A stretch of 64,000 nt of DNA from Strigamia acuminata (GCA_949358305.1 OX442314.1:19096001-19160000), one strand, 5' to 3'; positions 40,901 to 54,989 are shown, counted from the first letter of the stretch. Numbers and translations are program-made. The notes: a model not told the origin generated them from the sequence alone.

Positions 40901-43716
40901 ATCATTTTACTCTTTTTCCCTCCATTTTTATCAACCAAAACTACGCGACCCAGCTCGAGATAACGTCTTCATCCATCCCTATCCGTTCTTTGTTATGTTT
41001 GAAAACGGAACCAAATCACTACTATAGCAGACTATATGGGAATTGGCTAGAGACTAGCCTCCAAATTACTGTAATGCCTTGGCAATCCAATTTAGTCTCT
41101 TGCCACACCTCCAAGGATGGGGCCGGAAGCACCACGCGCAGTCCCCAATGGAATGACCATCAAATGGAGGCTGATGACATGGACAAACGAGGGAGCTGCC
41201 AATGCAATTGTATTTTCTCTATATTCTTAATCAAACTTTTGGTTCTTGAACCGGCCACAAATGACCAACACTTTTCTCAAGAGATGGCACTTTTAAATTT
41301 CGCTCTGGAAATTCAATTCCGCACAATTTTATGTGCTTTCAAACTCGGGCGTTCAATTTAGAAACTTTGGCATTACATTTTACTAATACAGAAGGCCAAG
41401 GTGCATGACCTGCACTGCCGCATAATTCACCGCAATAAAACCAGGTAATACAAATTAATAATGCCCAGTTAATAACATAAACTTGCATTAAACTAGTCCT
41501 AGCAAATGTAATTGGAAGTCAAATTTCCACGGACGTGACCCAACTAATTATTCCCTGCCCGCCCACTGAACAACCGTCAGTTATTATTACGAATGACTTA
41601 CAAGTGCAACATTTGAGTTTGAGTCACAGGTGCGTGAAGTGGCGAGTGCCAATCCTGAAGCTTATAGCGCAAACAAAGCAAACAAATAGTCTCGGCGTTA
41701 TCTGCATTGATGAACAGTGACGCATAGGCCGCGACCCATTCGCAGCGATGAACATTCTCGGCAAACGCACAAGACACGTAATCAAGTTGAGAAAACCTTA
41801 CGGAATGCGTGAGCTACGCAAATCGGAGTAATCAAATTATCGACCAACGACGCAAATTCGCTTATGGTGATGTATTAAAAAGAAAAATGAATTCAGAAAA
41901 CTAAGGGAAGGAAGGAAGGTTGCAACGCACTTTCGATGTGTAATTAATCCTGACAATGGGGTGGTTTCCAGCTAGCTATTAATCCTAACACCCCATAATT
42001 CCCATGGCATCAAATCAATGGCGTATAGAGACATCTGCTGACCTCAGTGGAATTAGAATGATTGGAGTAGAAAATGATACCGCAAAGTATCAGACGCAAC
42101 CTAGGCTTATTAGTTGGTGGTCAGATGAAAGATGATTGGCTTTAGTGTTTATGTTCGGACATGAGAAGGCAAATAATTATTTTTATTGTTATTATAATAA
42201 ATTGCTAAAACTAGCGGCACGGATTATCGATAATGTAAAGTGCGTCACGAAAATTCTTGCTCCTGAATAAAATCCGGGTGCTTGAATGACACGAGGCAAG
42301 AATTTGAGTGACTAACTCAAATTAAAAATGGTAATCTGCATCACACGAGTGGTACACGAAAAGAATTCGATAATAATAATAATAATAATAAATTCTTCAT
42401 AAAGCTAAGTTAAATTTGCATAATTTTGATTAACAACACATTTCCCGTCTTAATGATTACACCCAGCAGCCAGTCAAATGTATTTATAATGGGCAATGGA
42501 TCACAATCAGTGTTTGACTTCAGTCAGGTGAAGAAACTGGTAAAAACAAAAAATAAAAACGTAAAACGATACGACCTGTGATTGGATACCGAGTTCTCAA
42601 ATCAAATAGCCGTCGCAACAGATATTTCTAAAAATAGTCAATAATGATTGAAGAATTCAATCAATTTTAAAACAAACTCACAAAACCTCGTTTTTTAATT
42701 GTAGAACTTGGCAACACACCTGAGAGGTATTGTAAATGCTAATTTCATTTTTCCTCGAAAAATTGCAACATTTGCTTTCTGGAATTACCCACCTCCTTAA
42801 TGATATCATACTGAAAGAAGATATCAAGGTCCATAAATCAATACCAGTGTTCCACATGACCGCTTTTAATCACTAAAATCTCCGAAACAAAAAGATTTTA
42901 AAGTTTCTTTAAAAAAAAATAAAAAAAAAATAAAGCATTCTTCTTACTAAGCCCAAATGGCCCAGAAACAGTGTTTTGACTTAAATTACAAGCTACAAAA
43001 ACTAATACCAGGTAAAGGTCCAAAGGGTTGATAATAGCCATGACATAAATCTAACTTTTTTTCCCTCCATACAATTTAATGTACCGTACTGTAAATCTTT
43101 GAGACAAAAAAAGAAATTCTAAAAGTGTAAGATTTATACCCCTGTAATTCAGAAAAAGTGTCGCAGTCAAAGGGAGTTTCTTTGATAAAATGTGTTAATT
43201 TCAACAACACTTTTAACTGAAATGAATGCCGCTCCAATTTGCACACGGTTAATTAAATGCTGCATGAATATGCATTTCACTCACTTGAATGCAGCAGACA
43301 AGGCAATGAGCACTTTCTTCCACTGTGCTGACTCACAATTATACTGATTATCATTTGCTACTTGACTCAAGAGACAATTGTTTTTACCATGCCTAAATTG
43401 GGGATTTTGTCAAGCTGCAACACCCAACAGAGTTTTAGCAGGTTTTACTCTTTTTTTCTCTCTCTAAACTGACTCGTATACACAATTAAATGTCATTTCC
43501 ATTTGCCATTCGAGGCTTTACTGCAACACAATGGCGAACTAGGATTTCAAAGAAATGAATGTTCCTCTATGACAGTAATTTGATTGCATTACGATCCCAA
43601 CATTATGTTAAAAAATGGAAATATTAACAAGATTGCCAAATTAAATTAAATTAAAGCCATTTGTGTATTTAAAACGTCTAATAAATTGTTTATGTAAGTA
43701 ATCTAAGTCCACTTAC

Positions 43717-43761
43717 CACATCTAATTACGCCACCAAATACTAATTAAAAGTTTGTCTTAC
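43717..43761 (-). other. Recursive splice site with 45-nt cryptic RS-exon
   Basis: On the - strand a branch-like CTTAAC (43790-43785) is followed by a long T tract and CTCTATTTTTAG|GTAAGA (junction 43762/43761). A second donor, GTG|GTAAGT, starts at 43716. The 45-nt segment has stops in all three frames. Confidence 0.75.
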
Positions 43762-44363
43762 CTAAAAATAGAGAAAAAAAAATCGTTAAGTTTTTAAAAG
43801 CATCCATTAAGAAAACAAAGCAAAACACTAAGTCCATCGCCAACACCGCTATATTTGGATATGGATATTCCGCACAATCTCTTTTGTACATTTTCTCCGA
43901 GTGATAAATATCCCACTTTATTACTTTCTGGGTTTATTTTTTCCCCGCCTGCTCCTTCTTACATACAGTTATACGGACATCATAGAAAATTGCATAAGTA
44001 TTTTTGGGTTGCAATATTGCCATGAAAACAGGAAGATCCAGTGGTTCATGACAGGATCGTAAAAAGTTTCTCATTTCAACAACTAAAAAAGCTAGTATAA
44101 TGATTCAAAAAGTAAAAAGCTTACACATAAACTGTCAAGCATCTGCGAAAGCTTTAGAAAAATAAAATAAACCAAAAACCAAATTCTTTTCCTTTGTTTT
44201 GCTCAGTATTTGTTTTCTTCATTATTTATTGATTCGCTCTGCCATGTTTTCTATTCATTCTTTAACATTGTTTGTCTGTTTATTGATTCATTTCTTGTTT
44301 GTTTACTGTACAATTTTTCGTCTTTTTTGTTGTTTTTGTCTGATGACTGACTATACATATGAC

Positions 44364-44746
44364 CACAGACCTAAATACTACCGGACTGCGCACTGCAAAT
44401 GGCGCCCAGCTTGTGATGATGTTGGGATAAAGTGACATCATGAATGCTCTCCAACTTCCTGTTTTGCATCTTACTCCACCAATTTCAATCCTATTTTCCG
44501 TTTTCCCATTTTTTTGTGCTTTTATTTCTTAGATTTAAATAAATACATCTGGATAGCGAGACGTCTCACAATTCAAAACCACACAATATTTGCTAAGCAT
44601 TCTTCAGAAATTTTGTTTGTACGCTGATTTCAGGCATTCCTAATATTGACAGGAAGTGAAAACGAATTTAGTGTTGCCACTACCCGTAAGCACACGCTTC
44701 TTACCCACAATCCCTCAGTTCGCAGTCTAGTGTATTTAGGTCTGCG
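44364..44746. mobile_element. MITE with ~31-bp TIRs and an apparent 7-bp TSD (possibly P-element superfamily)
   Basis: Left end CACAGACCTAAATACTACCGGACTGCGCACTG; right end reverse complement CGCAGACCTAAATACACTAGACTGCGAACTG. Flanks are ATATGAC (44357-63) and ATATGAA (44747-53). An internal inverted pair ACTTCCTGT/ACAGGAAGT is present. Confidence 0.7.
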
Positions 44747-47700
44747 ATATGAAACATTAGTTTTTTAATTACTTTACTAAAGTGCTGAACACTTCTCAAT
44801 TTTTAATCTCAATTTCTTCACCACCATCACCAACACAACACTAAAGCGGTGTGACCTCTACCCTCACGCTCTAAGTTATAGTCCAATATAGATGTAGACT
44901 GTATACTCCAATTTCCTTGCACTGTCAGTGAAGGATGGAAAATAGAAGAGTGTGTCAAGCAATTGTGAAAGTGTAATCATAATACTTGGTGATGAAGATG
45001 GCTTCCTGTGGAGATTAAACCACATTTTCATGCTGCTATGCACAAATAGTCACACAGACTTAATTTTGAGTAGAATTCACAAGCTCATAAAGGATTTCTG
45101 AAAAAGAGGAAATCTCATCAAGATTACACGGGGAATATTTTTCTCATTTTTTTTCTCATCCAACTTTACTTTCCAAGATTGTGTCTATGTACCACAGGGA
45201 GATTAGATATAAAGGTGAATAACATCATTAGCTCAGCTATATTTTTTTCTCTTACAAAGCTACTCTTTATATCATGCAACAGCAGGAAACTGCAACTTTA
45301 TGGCATGCAGTTGGTGATACAAAAAAATGTTTTTAAGGACGAGCTTTTCAAATTAAACTCTTCATTTGAAACCATTTTATTTTAAAAGATATAAAAAAAA
45401 ATTTTCAATTACTCTTATGCACAATAAAGTTTAATAGAAAAATAAAAAAGAAAAAAAAAACTTCCCCATACACGTATTGCAGCTTCAACATCTATATTTC
45501 TTTATAGATCCAGCAAAGTTTGCTCATCTGACTATGAAGCATATAGACGGATCTGGAAAAATCAACCAAGTGGAACTTTCATTTTTCTTACTTTATTCTA
45601 CCTAGACGACAAGTTCCAACACAAGACAAATGACAGGATTGCTTCGGCTCGACAATTCTAACAGATAGACCCTCTCTCTCTTGGACCTAATAATTCTCGT
45701 CTTTACTAGAGAAAAAGAAAGTCTAATAATTTTTTCCCTCTCACAGTTTTCTTTCATATAATCTCTAAGCCTTTAAAAAATTGCAGGATGAGAGGATATT
45801 GCAAAGGAAAAGAACAGTAAAAATAGCAATTTACTTACGGGCTGCAATCAGTGATAAGAGTTTTTCTTTTTTGATAAATTGCACAAATAAAGTTAAGTAT
45901 AGACACCCACCCACACCAGATGGAAGTCAATAAAACCTGGAATTAATATTTTTAAAGAGTTACTTCCTGGACCACCCGTGTGTACAAAATTCCAACTTCC
46001 ATTTTTTTTTTTACTATTGTTTATCAAGGCAATAACAACAACGGCAAGAAAAAAATTAAAAGTGCACTCAAAACTTTACATGCGCATATTTAAAAACCAA
46101 CGATTGCGGGAAAGCAAGCAACAATTCTTAGCATTTAATATCAATTTGTCTTGTTGGCACCGTACTTTGGCTTTAATGTAAGCTTAATGATAATAAATGG
46201 TGCACTTCAACAGCTGTTAATAAGGATTGAATCAATACATTTTCAGTAATGCTTAAAAAAAAAGTCATTTGATTAATATTAAATTTTGCGGGTAAATAAA
46301 TTGAAAAAAAAAAATAATAATAATAAAAAACATCTCATTCACCCTTGCACTAAACAAAACAAAGCATCAAAGCATTTTGCGAGTCATCTGTCTGCATGGC
46401 ATTGTCATGACATTTTTGTTTACATTTCCATTATCATGTAGGAAGAATACAATCATAAATAAACAAAAAATAAACCGCAGCAAGAAAGCCAACTTCAAGG
46501 GTGTGTTTTGCTTTGAGCCAGACATCACATTGATCCAATCTTTGTCTGAAATTCCTTTCGTGACACCGGTTAATACTTGCAGTTTCAAGATTGCACAATT
46601 TAATCCTCTTCGGATTTGACTGTAGGATTGAATGTCACACAGACTCGTTTTCGACGTGTTCGTGTATTGGATCGAGATTTAAGCGACTAATGTTAAAAAA
46701 AAATAGATACGTCTGGATTTAAATTTAAATTCTAACGCAGACCGATGTGTAACCCAAAAAAGCAGCAATTGAAAAGAAAAAAAATTATTTAATCAAAAAT
46801 AAAAATGAAAGAGCACAATTAACGTAAAACCATTTCCATTCTGAATCAGCAATAATATATGTCCCATAAAACCACACATAAGCAATTACCTGATAATATA
46901 TGGCATTTAATCATGGCCCCAATCCTCTAAAAACTTAATCTGAATACAAATAAAAGCCAAGACAGCGTGGACAATATCTCATTAACTCACCCAGCATCCC
47001 TCTAGAGCTGTTAAAAAATCGCTGTGTCAACTGCTCTTTGCTGCCTTGCCTCCATCTGCTTCAAAAGACATTGAGGAGTGAAGCAAAAGGAGGCCCATGG
47101 GTTTTACCGGAGCAACTTTTTCCTCCACAAATTGAACTTAGAGTGGGCAACAGCCATTGCACAGACTGTTAACTGAATTTATTTTCTCTCTCTGCGATTT
47201 GCAACTGTCCAAAATTCAACTGGGAACTTGATGCGGCCAAGTTGAGATAGTGCAATTTTACGGCTTTTTCGCTGTCCTTTCTACAAAAATAGAATTAACG
47301 GGGGACAAGTACTTCATGAGATATAACTTATATAGTCTTTTATCTTTTTGCCTTTTCATACCACGGCAACGATTCCAAGCAGTTAAAACGTGTCTAACCC
47401 TTGAAATTTCATGTCCCATTACAAGTTGACCCGGGCGCATAAAAATTTCCATACAAAATACATTTAAAATAATTAGAATTCATTTCTGCTTTTTCTTCTC
47501 CTTATTGATCATTTTTATTCTGCATTCAGCATAACAGCCAAATGAATATATACATCACAGTCGCTTCGTTTTCGTTGCCGACAAGTTTACACAGCATTAT
47601 TTCACTACGATAAAAACAAGGAACAACTAGCTCAAATTTATAGCGCAGATTAATCAAACTTGACAAATGATACATCCTTGTATCTTTAGAATAACACAAA

Positions 47701-50700
47701 AAACCCATTATAATTTCTCAATTCGGCACAAAAATATGTCATCACTATCCTATTGCCCATCAACATTTTTTTTTCTCTTTTTCCCTCCCCAAGAAAAAAA
47801 AAACAATAAATATATTGAAATATTTTGCTACGACTTCCATCAAATTCTTTTTTCTCATTTTTTATTTTTCAAAGTTCCTATTTCGATTTTATTCTCTACA
47901 ATGATTGTATCATCTTCAAAGCTTTGGGCATGAATGGCCTTTGCCGTAGTTTTTCCACATGAAAAATGCTTTGGCCTGGGGTTGTAACTTGACTTTGCAC
48001 CCCACACTTTACTCCAACCACAGATGATGAAGAGTGAGTCAAAGATGATGGCTGCATAGAACATTACCATTTAGATGAGTTGCTGTGGTGTGCTTCTTTG
48101 GCCCCAAGGTTTGCTTTTTCATTCAACTGATTTGCATTCGAATAGTTTCATTGACCAACACACACACACATACACACAAACTGAAAAAAAATCTAAAATT
48201 CACAACCTTGTAGTTTTATTTAGAATTGCAACTGTTGCCAAAAGGTCATGTTACATTGAGAATGTTTTCTTGCATCCCTAAGTGACACGGTAAACAAGTT
48301 CTCCCTCGTTAAAAAAAAATTCAAAACGCAGCTTATATTTCTTGCGTTTTTAAGCCCAATTAGGTCACTCGAGTAGAAAATATTCCGATTTCCATTAAAA
48401 AATGTAGAAATTTTGAACGGCACGCACAGATAGAAAGCGCACTTATATAAACTCTCCAAATGTTAATTTATGTGAAAATTTTTCTGAATTTCATCTTTAG
48501 TCCCTTAGGTAAATGAGTGTTTCCCTCGTGCAACCTGCCTTGCCTTCCATTATGGCAGATTTTCCACACCCGATAAATTTCCATATTTGCTCCGATGCAC
48601 GCAGCAGAGCTGAGGTTTTCGCTTATGTGGTCATCTCTAAGGAAAGAGATTCAAGTCAGAATTTATGGGGTGGTGGGCAGTAATTTACAATTCAGTTTAC
48701 GTTGCAACTATGCTGTAAATTCAATGTCAACGGATACGCTGCCAATATTTCTGAGCTGCAGCTGCGGGCCACAAAATTGAGTTTGCCATGAGAATGCCGC
48801 CAACTTTCTGCAAAATCCTCACAATAAATTCACACAAAAAAAACCCTGATTTGTAATTTCCAAACGTATACATTAATTTCGCGCCGAGAGATTCGCAAAC
48901 AATCAACCCCGCTATAAAAATTTATGAATTTCCATCGCATTCTTTAAGAATGTTGCATAAAATATGACACGCGCCACTTTAAACAAAGCTCTCTGAAAAG
49001 TCATTTTCACAACAAGATGGCTGCACCCAATGCAAGCTTAAGAAATAGAAATGAGGCACATAACTTTTTATATTTATTCATTTCTCAGGTCTCATTCAGT
49101 TTTCTGGAGTCATAAATAAAGCCATAAAAATCTAAGTCATCAAAAACTACTCCAATATCCACTAATCGCTCTTACCTTTTGCCCTATTTCAAACCCACAA
49201 AAACACACAGACAAGCCGCAAAGTGGGCAGAAAGTGACACCCAGCATCGCATTAAAAAAACTCATTTTCCAACTAGGAGGGCGTTGTGTTTGTTTTTACG
49301 GACTGAGTAATTGTCTTAATTCTCCAGCCAGAAAATGTCGATAACCCAATTTTCGACAATCAATTTATTGAAAAACGACTAATAAAACACATCTTGAAGC
49401 AATTCCAGTGGATTTTATTTACAATTCAACTTCAAATCAAATTATCTTACGAAATAATATTTACTCCGTATTTTTAATTAATAATATCATACGAGCTTGT
49501 CTTTCATTACAAAAACACTTCAGATTGGTACTTGAATTGAAACCAATTCACTTAAATCCCGTTATGACGAATTTTCATTGTTGTGACATTTAAAAAATTG
49601 AAAACTTTGGCTATTCGTGCATTTTTCCATCTTTTCCACACAACAAGAGCGAGTGGTTTTAAATTTCAGCTGGTGCCCATTTCGTTGTTTATCAGCTGCA
49701 CCCATTTTAATATGAACCAAAAAAATAAATGAATAAGCCGAGCTTTTTGGACAGCTTATTACACTCTTGTCAGGAACATTTTTCAACTCTGTAGCTGTGT
49801 CATTGATCTTGCGTCTTTTGCCCTTGTCGCTTGACTGTACTTTCACCTGGTGGTGTGCATTTAAATAACCACGTTGCCCTTGGCAACAGACAGCGAGAGC
49901 AAGTTCAAACGCTCTAGCCCCAGAATAACAAATAACACGCATTACCGTTGTAGACCACTTGATTACAACTTGATGGCTAAAAAAAGGTGTAAACTGATCC
50001 CCTTCTACATTGGAACATCGATCTCTCGATTTCAATTACGTACAACCTCAAATTGCACCGAAAAACCAGAAATTTCAAACTCGGAAAAAATTTAAACATC
50101 AAAAATACAAAAAATTTATCCAACAGTTTAATAAATGTTCAGATGCATTAAAAACCCGATATTTCATCCAGGCACAAACCTAACCCTAAGCTAAACTCTT
50201 CTTGCAACAGACATAAAAGATTGGCTAATTATCTCTAGTGCAAGTCACAAGACACAGCGCATAAATTGCATAGGCAATAATCATGCATCACGGTTTAGGC
50301 GAGACCCAATGGTACATTTTCCCCAACAGTTTTCATATGTCTGTTGCACAGCCATAGAAAATTGCCTTATTTGATGAAAAGTGCAAGTTCAGACTTAAGT
50401 GTTCTATCGCATTACGCTTTTACTGCACTAAGAATTCAGCGGTGCATTTTGATTAAATAGCCAAAGATATGTTTCTAACATAACGCTTAAAACACCAACT
50501 AGTCATAAAATGTCATTGCGGCAGACCTTTAAAATTCACACGGGCAGCAACTGGAAAAAGAAAAAAAATTCCACCCAGACTAAATTATATTCATTCACCT
50601 TCACGACGCCAATGCTTGATATTTTTAGAAAACGTCTCCTAATTTAATTAGGTAAAAAGGTGTCATTGTGCCTGCTACAGTGCATTAGGGCTCTTGACAA

Positions 50701-50930
50701 TTAGTTAATAAATCTGGAATGGAAACGCAGCCGTAATGATTATTAGATGTTCCTTCTTTAAAGAAGTTGTGCAATCAAATTGTGTACATAATGAAAGCTG
50801 CGCAAATGTTGCGTGCAAATTTCATTCAAATTAATAAAATATTCAAATAAAATCATTAAAAATTTGATTTGCAATTTTGTACGTTAAACCAGTAAGTTTA
50901 ACACAAAAATCTCCCGTAAAATCCCGTTTT

Positions 50931-51215
50931 GCCTCTCGTTTGGAGGGTCGTCTTAAGGGTCGTGGCCTGAGTTTCATCAGGCGCATTCAATACAAAATTA
51001 ACACAACACAGGTCTAAGTATTAACGCTAGATTTTAAAATCCAAAAATTCCCTAGAAACTAGTGGCACAACCTTAAAGACGACCCTCCAAAGGTTGTGCT
51101 ATATTTTTTCGTACCACGAGCGTCTAAATCAGATTTTGTATGAAGTTCTTGCGTTAAATCTCCCACAACACGACATAACACGATCGTGTTACGCTTTATT
51201 GAATGCGCCTCTCGT
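50931..51215. repeat. Cluster of interleaved inverted repeats, probably a transposon remnant
   Basis: Perfect 16-bp IR at 50939-50954 / 51076-51091; 10-bp hairpin at 51065-51074 / 51090-51099; 13-bp IR GGCGCATTCAATA (50980-50992) / TATTGAATGCGCC (51197-51209). Confidence 0.6.
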
Positions 51216-52489
51216 GTTAACAGGTGATTTTTGGACGCGAGAATATCTTTATTGAACGCGTCTAGTGATATTCACGACAAAATGAAACATTTTTACAAAT
51301 TTAATTTTCGCTATCGCTATAACAAAGTTGTAGCAACAACATAAAAAAAATCAAAATGCCAACAACAGACGACACCCGAAACCCCAATCCCCAACCACTT
51401 AAAAAAAAGTCAAAAAGTGAACTAAATGTCTTCTGACATGGAATTTCGTTTTGACCCGAGGACATCAGTAACACATTGATGTAACCCAATACACTTGGAG
51501 CTAAGCCTAACGTGATGCGGCAGCGTGGTTTGACATACAAAATGAAGCTTTTCAGTATTGGACACTGGACTCCAGCCTGAATTATCTATCACAAGCAAAA
51601 CGTGAATAAGATGCTGAATAAAAGGCAAATCATTGAGAAACCTCTTTGAAAATGCAGCTCGGTGACCATATTGAAGAGGACACTTGAAAAACTAGACAAC
51701 AAGGTTAAGTCCTTGGAGAATTTTTCTCCAATACGACTTTATTTATAGTCTGAAACGCCAAACTAGCACTACGATAACGTTGTTACAAACATCGAAGCGT
51801 GAACCACCAAGTTCAAATGACTTTTCAAGAAGTGGTAAAAAAAAATCTTATGAATGTCAATGATGTTTCTTTTTCAAGTGTAAATGTAAAGTAAATAAAA
51901 AATACCGTAAATAAAGAAAAAAACTTCCAACTTCTTTAGAAAAGGAAAAATAAATAAATAAATAAGTTAAAGCTATCTTAACTATAATTTAATTTTTATT
52001 ATTATTATTATTTCATTTTTTGAAAATAAAAGAAAAGTTTAAACTTCAAATCCTCAAGTTATGACCTCATAATTTTTTCATTAATAACCCCTGTCTAAAT
52101 TTGCTATTGACTCCAAAAAGCAATTTTTTCGCACAAACATCCAAGAGGGGATTTGCAGTCTAATTTGAAGAATGACAGGTGCCATCAATCACCTATAAGC
52201 ACCTAGGCACATTTTCATGCCTGTTACCTGTTCTTTCAGGTATGAAAACTCTTTAAGCCCGTATATTGCTTCATGATTGGAATTGATAAAAGTTTTATAA
52301 TGCGTGATGTTAGCCGTAAAATAAGGTGCAAACTCGTTTGGTACCACCTTTACTTTAACTGGGGTTTGTTTAGCTTCTGCTTGCAAGGAAATCCAATAAT
52401 TAAAAGGTTACACAAAGAGCATGAAATACAATTAAAACTTTTTAAATTAACTAGGTATACAGTACATATTTTTTTTAAGTACTAATTAA

Positions 52490-53038
52490 GAGGGTTCATT
52501 AAAGAAATGTACAATTCTGCAATTTTGTGATTTTTGCATTACTCACAAAATCGATCATTCATGGATTTTGCATTTGTGCGAATCAAAGATTCTGGAAATG
52601 ATCACATGACCCAACCAACCGTAAGATATGATACAGCAAAAAACAGTTTTCAATTTGTACAATGAAATAATAATTTTAAAAATTAGTTACAAACAATATT
52701 TTCACACTTACATGTTTTACTGAATCTTCTGGAGTTGTTTCTTCGTTTAAACAGCTAATATGAATTTAAAAATACTTCGATGCATAGCGAGTTATTTGTG
52801 ATGGCCATTTAGATCGAGCTTGGCTGCTGCCATTTTGTTTTGTGTTTAACAAGTCTCAAAAGCACTTGCCAAAATCGCAAAAATACCTTTTGTTTGTTTA
52901 CGTGACTTTACGTTTTCCCTCTTTTCCGTTTTTGCAATTATGCACATGATTGATGGAACTGATATCACGTGACAAATCCGAAAGTGCAAAATTGTTAAAA
53001 TTGCAAAATTATAAAATCACCTCTATTAATGAAACCTC
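52490..53038. mobile_element. ~550-bp MITE, possibly Kolobok-like
   Basis: TIRs GAGGGTTCATTAA / TTAATGAAACCTC (12/13), with further inverted subterminal TGCAATTTT/AAAATTGCA similarity. Flanks are TTAA (52486-89) and TTAC (53039-42). The superfamily assignment is inference. Confidence 0.55.
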
Positions 53039-54497
53039 TTACTGAAATGTTAAACTATACCCCTTTAATACTATTTTAACCCTCAATACGCTTCATGAAT
53101 TTAGAAATTTTCAAAATGCTAACTTTCAACAATCTCCCACATTGGGAAAAAAAATGTAAGACCTCCCAGACTAACCCCAGTTTGCTTTACCAGAAATCTG
53201 TTCAGCCCCTCTTTAAGAGTTCATCAATGAGCAATGTGCAAACAAAATCAAAAGACTGTGCTTTCAAATTTTCCTCCCTGCTGGATAAAAAAACCACACA
53301 ATCAAATTCTGAACCTAGAACCCTTTGAATGCAATCTCTCCGATTTAATAAATGACCAAAATCTAAACTTCAACCACCATAACCGACTTTTCCAAAAAGC
53401 CCTTCAGAAACCCTTGAAAAACACTTTAACCCATTTAAAATTTCAACAAAATTCCACGCCAAACGCCCTGCTGTTAAATATTTCACAAACTCACTCCCCC
53501 TGCATAAAAAAGGTACCCAAAGGCTTCTGCGCCACAAAAGCCTCAGCCAACTTGCGCAAACATCATGACATGGGCTAGTATAAGGGTCAATCTCGGGTGC
53601 CAATATAAGCTGACCTAAGTGAACTTCATGCAACATTCATATCACATGGTCTCTAGATGAGGGCAACTCGTGGGGGCACATCTTGCCTTTTCCTCCCCCA
53701 CATGACCATTGCCTCCCTATTTCATTAGTCCTGCCTCCCCTTCAATGTTTGGTAGCCAACCGCCAAGTTTCTTCTGAAACTCCCCTTTATGTACCCAAAA
53801 TTGGCAGAAACTTGCAATTATTTGACAGATAGATTGGAAGTAAAAAAAATTGAAACGTAATGGTCGTTGTGGTCTTTGGGGTTGATAAATTCCAATGTCA
53901 GAAATGTTATTTCGTCAAGACACCATTAAATATTTCCCTAAATATTTTCACTCACATTTTGTAATTCAGTTTCTATCCATTCCCATCTCCCACTTAACTT
54001 GCACGACTGAAAACGCACGGTTGGCAATTCCTAACGTGAGCTTTGTTTAATCTTTGCCCTTTCCTCCAACACTAGAGATGATTAATGGGCTACGGAGTCG
54101 AGAGTGAATTTTGCATAAAATTCTCATTGCGCTCAATCCGGCATTGCAAGACGTTTGCATTCGACCGTGAAAACTGCGAGGCGTGAAAACCAGTGACACC
54201 AAACAAATGACAACAAATTACTTTACTGACAATAACAATCAACCAATCTATCGATGACGTCATGCCGTTCCCAAACTCTACGATAAATCTGTGTTAGTTA
54301 CAGCCGCTCGAGAATAAATCAAAAATTTTATTAGCCGCAGTATTTTTTCAATATTTACACGCCCCATAATAACGAAAACTTAATAAATAAATAAAAAAAA
54401 GAACTACATCTTAAATATTAAAGTCAAAAGTAGTCATAAAAACCCTGGACGAAAAAACATGTTGCCGAACCTGCGCACTTGCGGCCGCTCTCAACAG

Positions 54498-54989
54498 CCC
54501 ATCCAATTTGACACAAAAATACATTGAAATCATATTACAGTGTATTGAAATGTATTTGTAAATGCATTAAGTTTCACAAGTCACTTGAAAATGCATTTTG
54601 TATTACATTTTTACGTACTACTGTTTTGCAAATGATAATATACTTTGTAAAATGTATTAGAAAATATATTCCACAATATTATTATTTATCAAACGTGAAT
54701 GTATTGTCAAAATACATTTTATAAAACGTGTTCTAAAGTCTATTTTAAACTATTATTGTTAAAGAATTGCAATTGAATTATAAAATATATTTTTTTACAA
54801 TTCTGCAATATTATTGTTTAGCAAATATGAATGTATTACAAAAGCATATTGTTTTAAATGAATTCTTCAATAGTATTGCCTTATAATTGCAAATGTATTT
54901 GTAAAAATCCATATTTTCAATTATATTACATTTAATTAATCAAATATAAAACTATATTTAAAAATTATATATTTTTCTAACCATATGGG
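54498..54989. mobile_element. AT-rich repeat element (family B, longer copy) with CCCAT...ATGGG ends
   Basis: Built from TGTATT/AATGCATT motifs and homologous to 18597-18733 in inverted orientation. Short inverted ends are present; no TSD was identified. Confidence 0.5.

Noticed and set aside
40753..41361. 202-aa ORF
   Set aside because: Non-ATG start, runs through homopolymer tracts, and has no recognisable motif or splice support.
42244..42312. 17-bp imperfect hairpin as a pre-miRNA
   Set aside because: The stem is too short with a large loop, and I recognise no known miRNA.
49562..50035. 157-aa minus-strand ORF (and 711-1109 and similar)
   Set aside because: Random-looking composition, no domains and no convincing exon boundaries.
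52225..52245. Plus-strand TTCTTTCAG|GTATGA
   Set aside because: It is opposite to the inferred host strand and has no paired donor. It is kept as a reminder that simple AG|GT motifs arise by chance.
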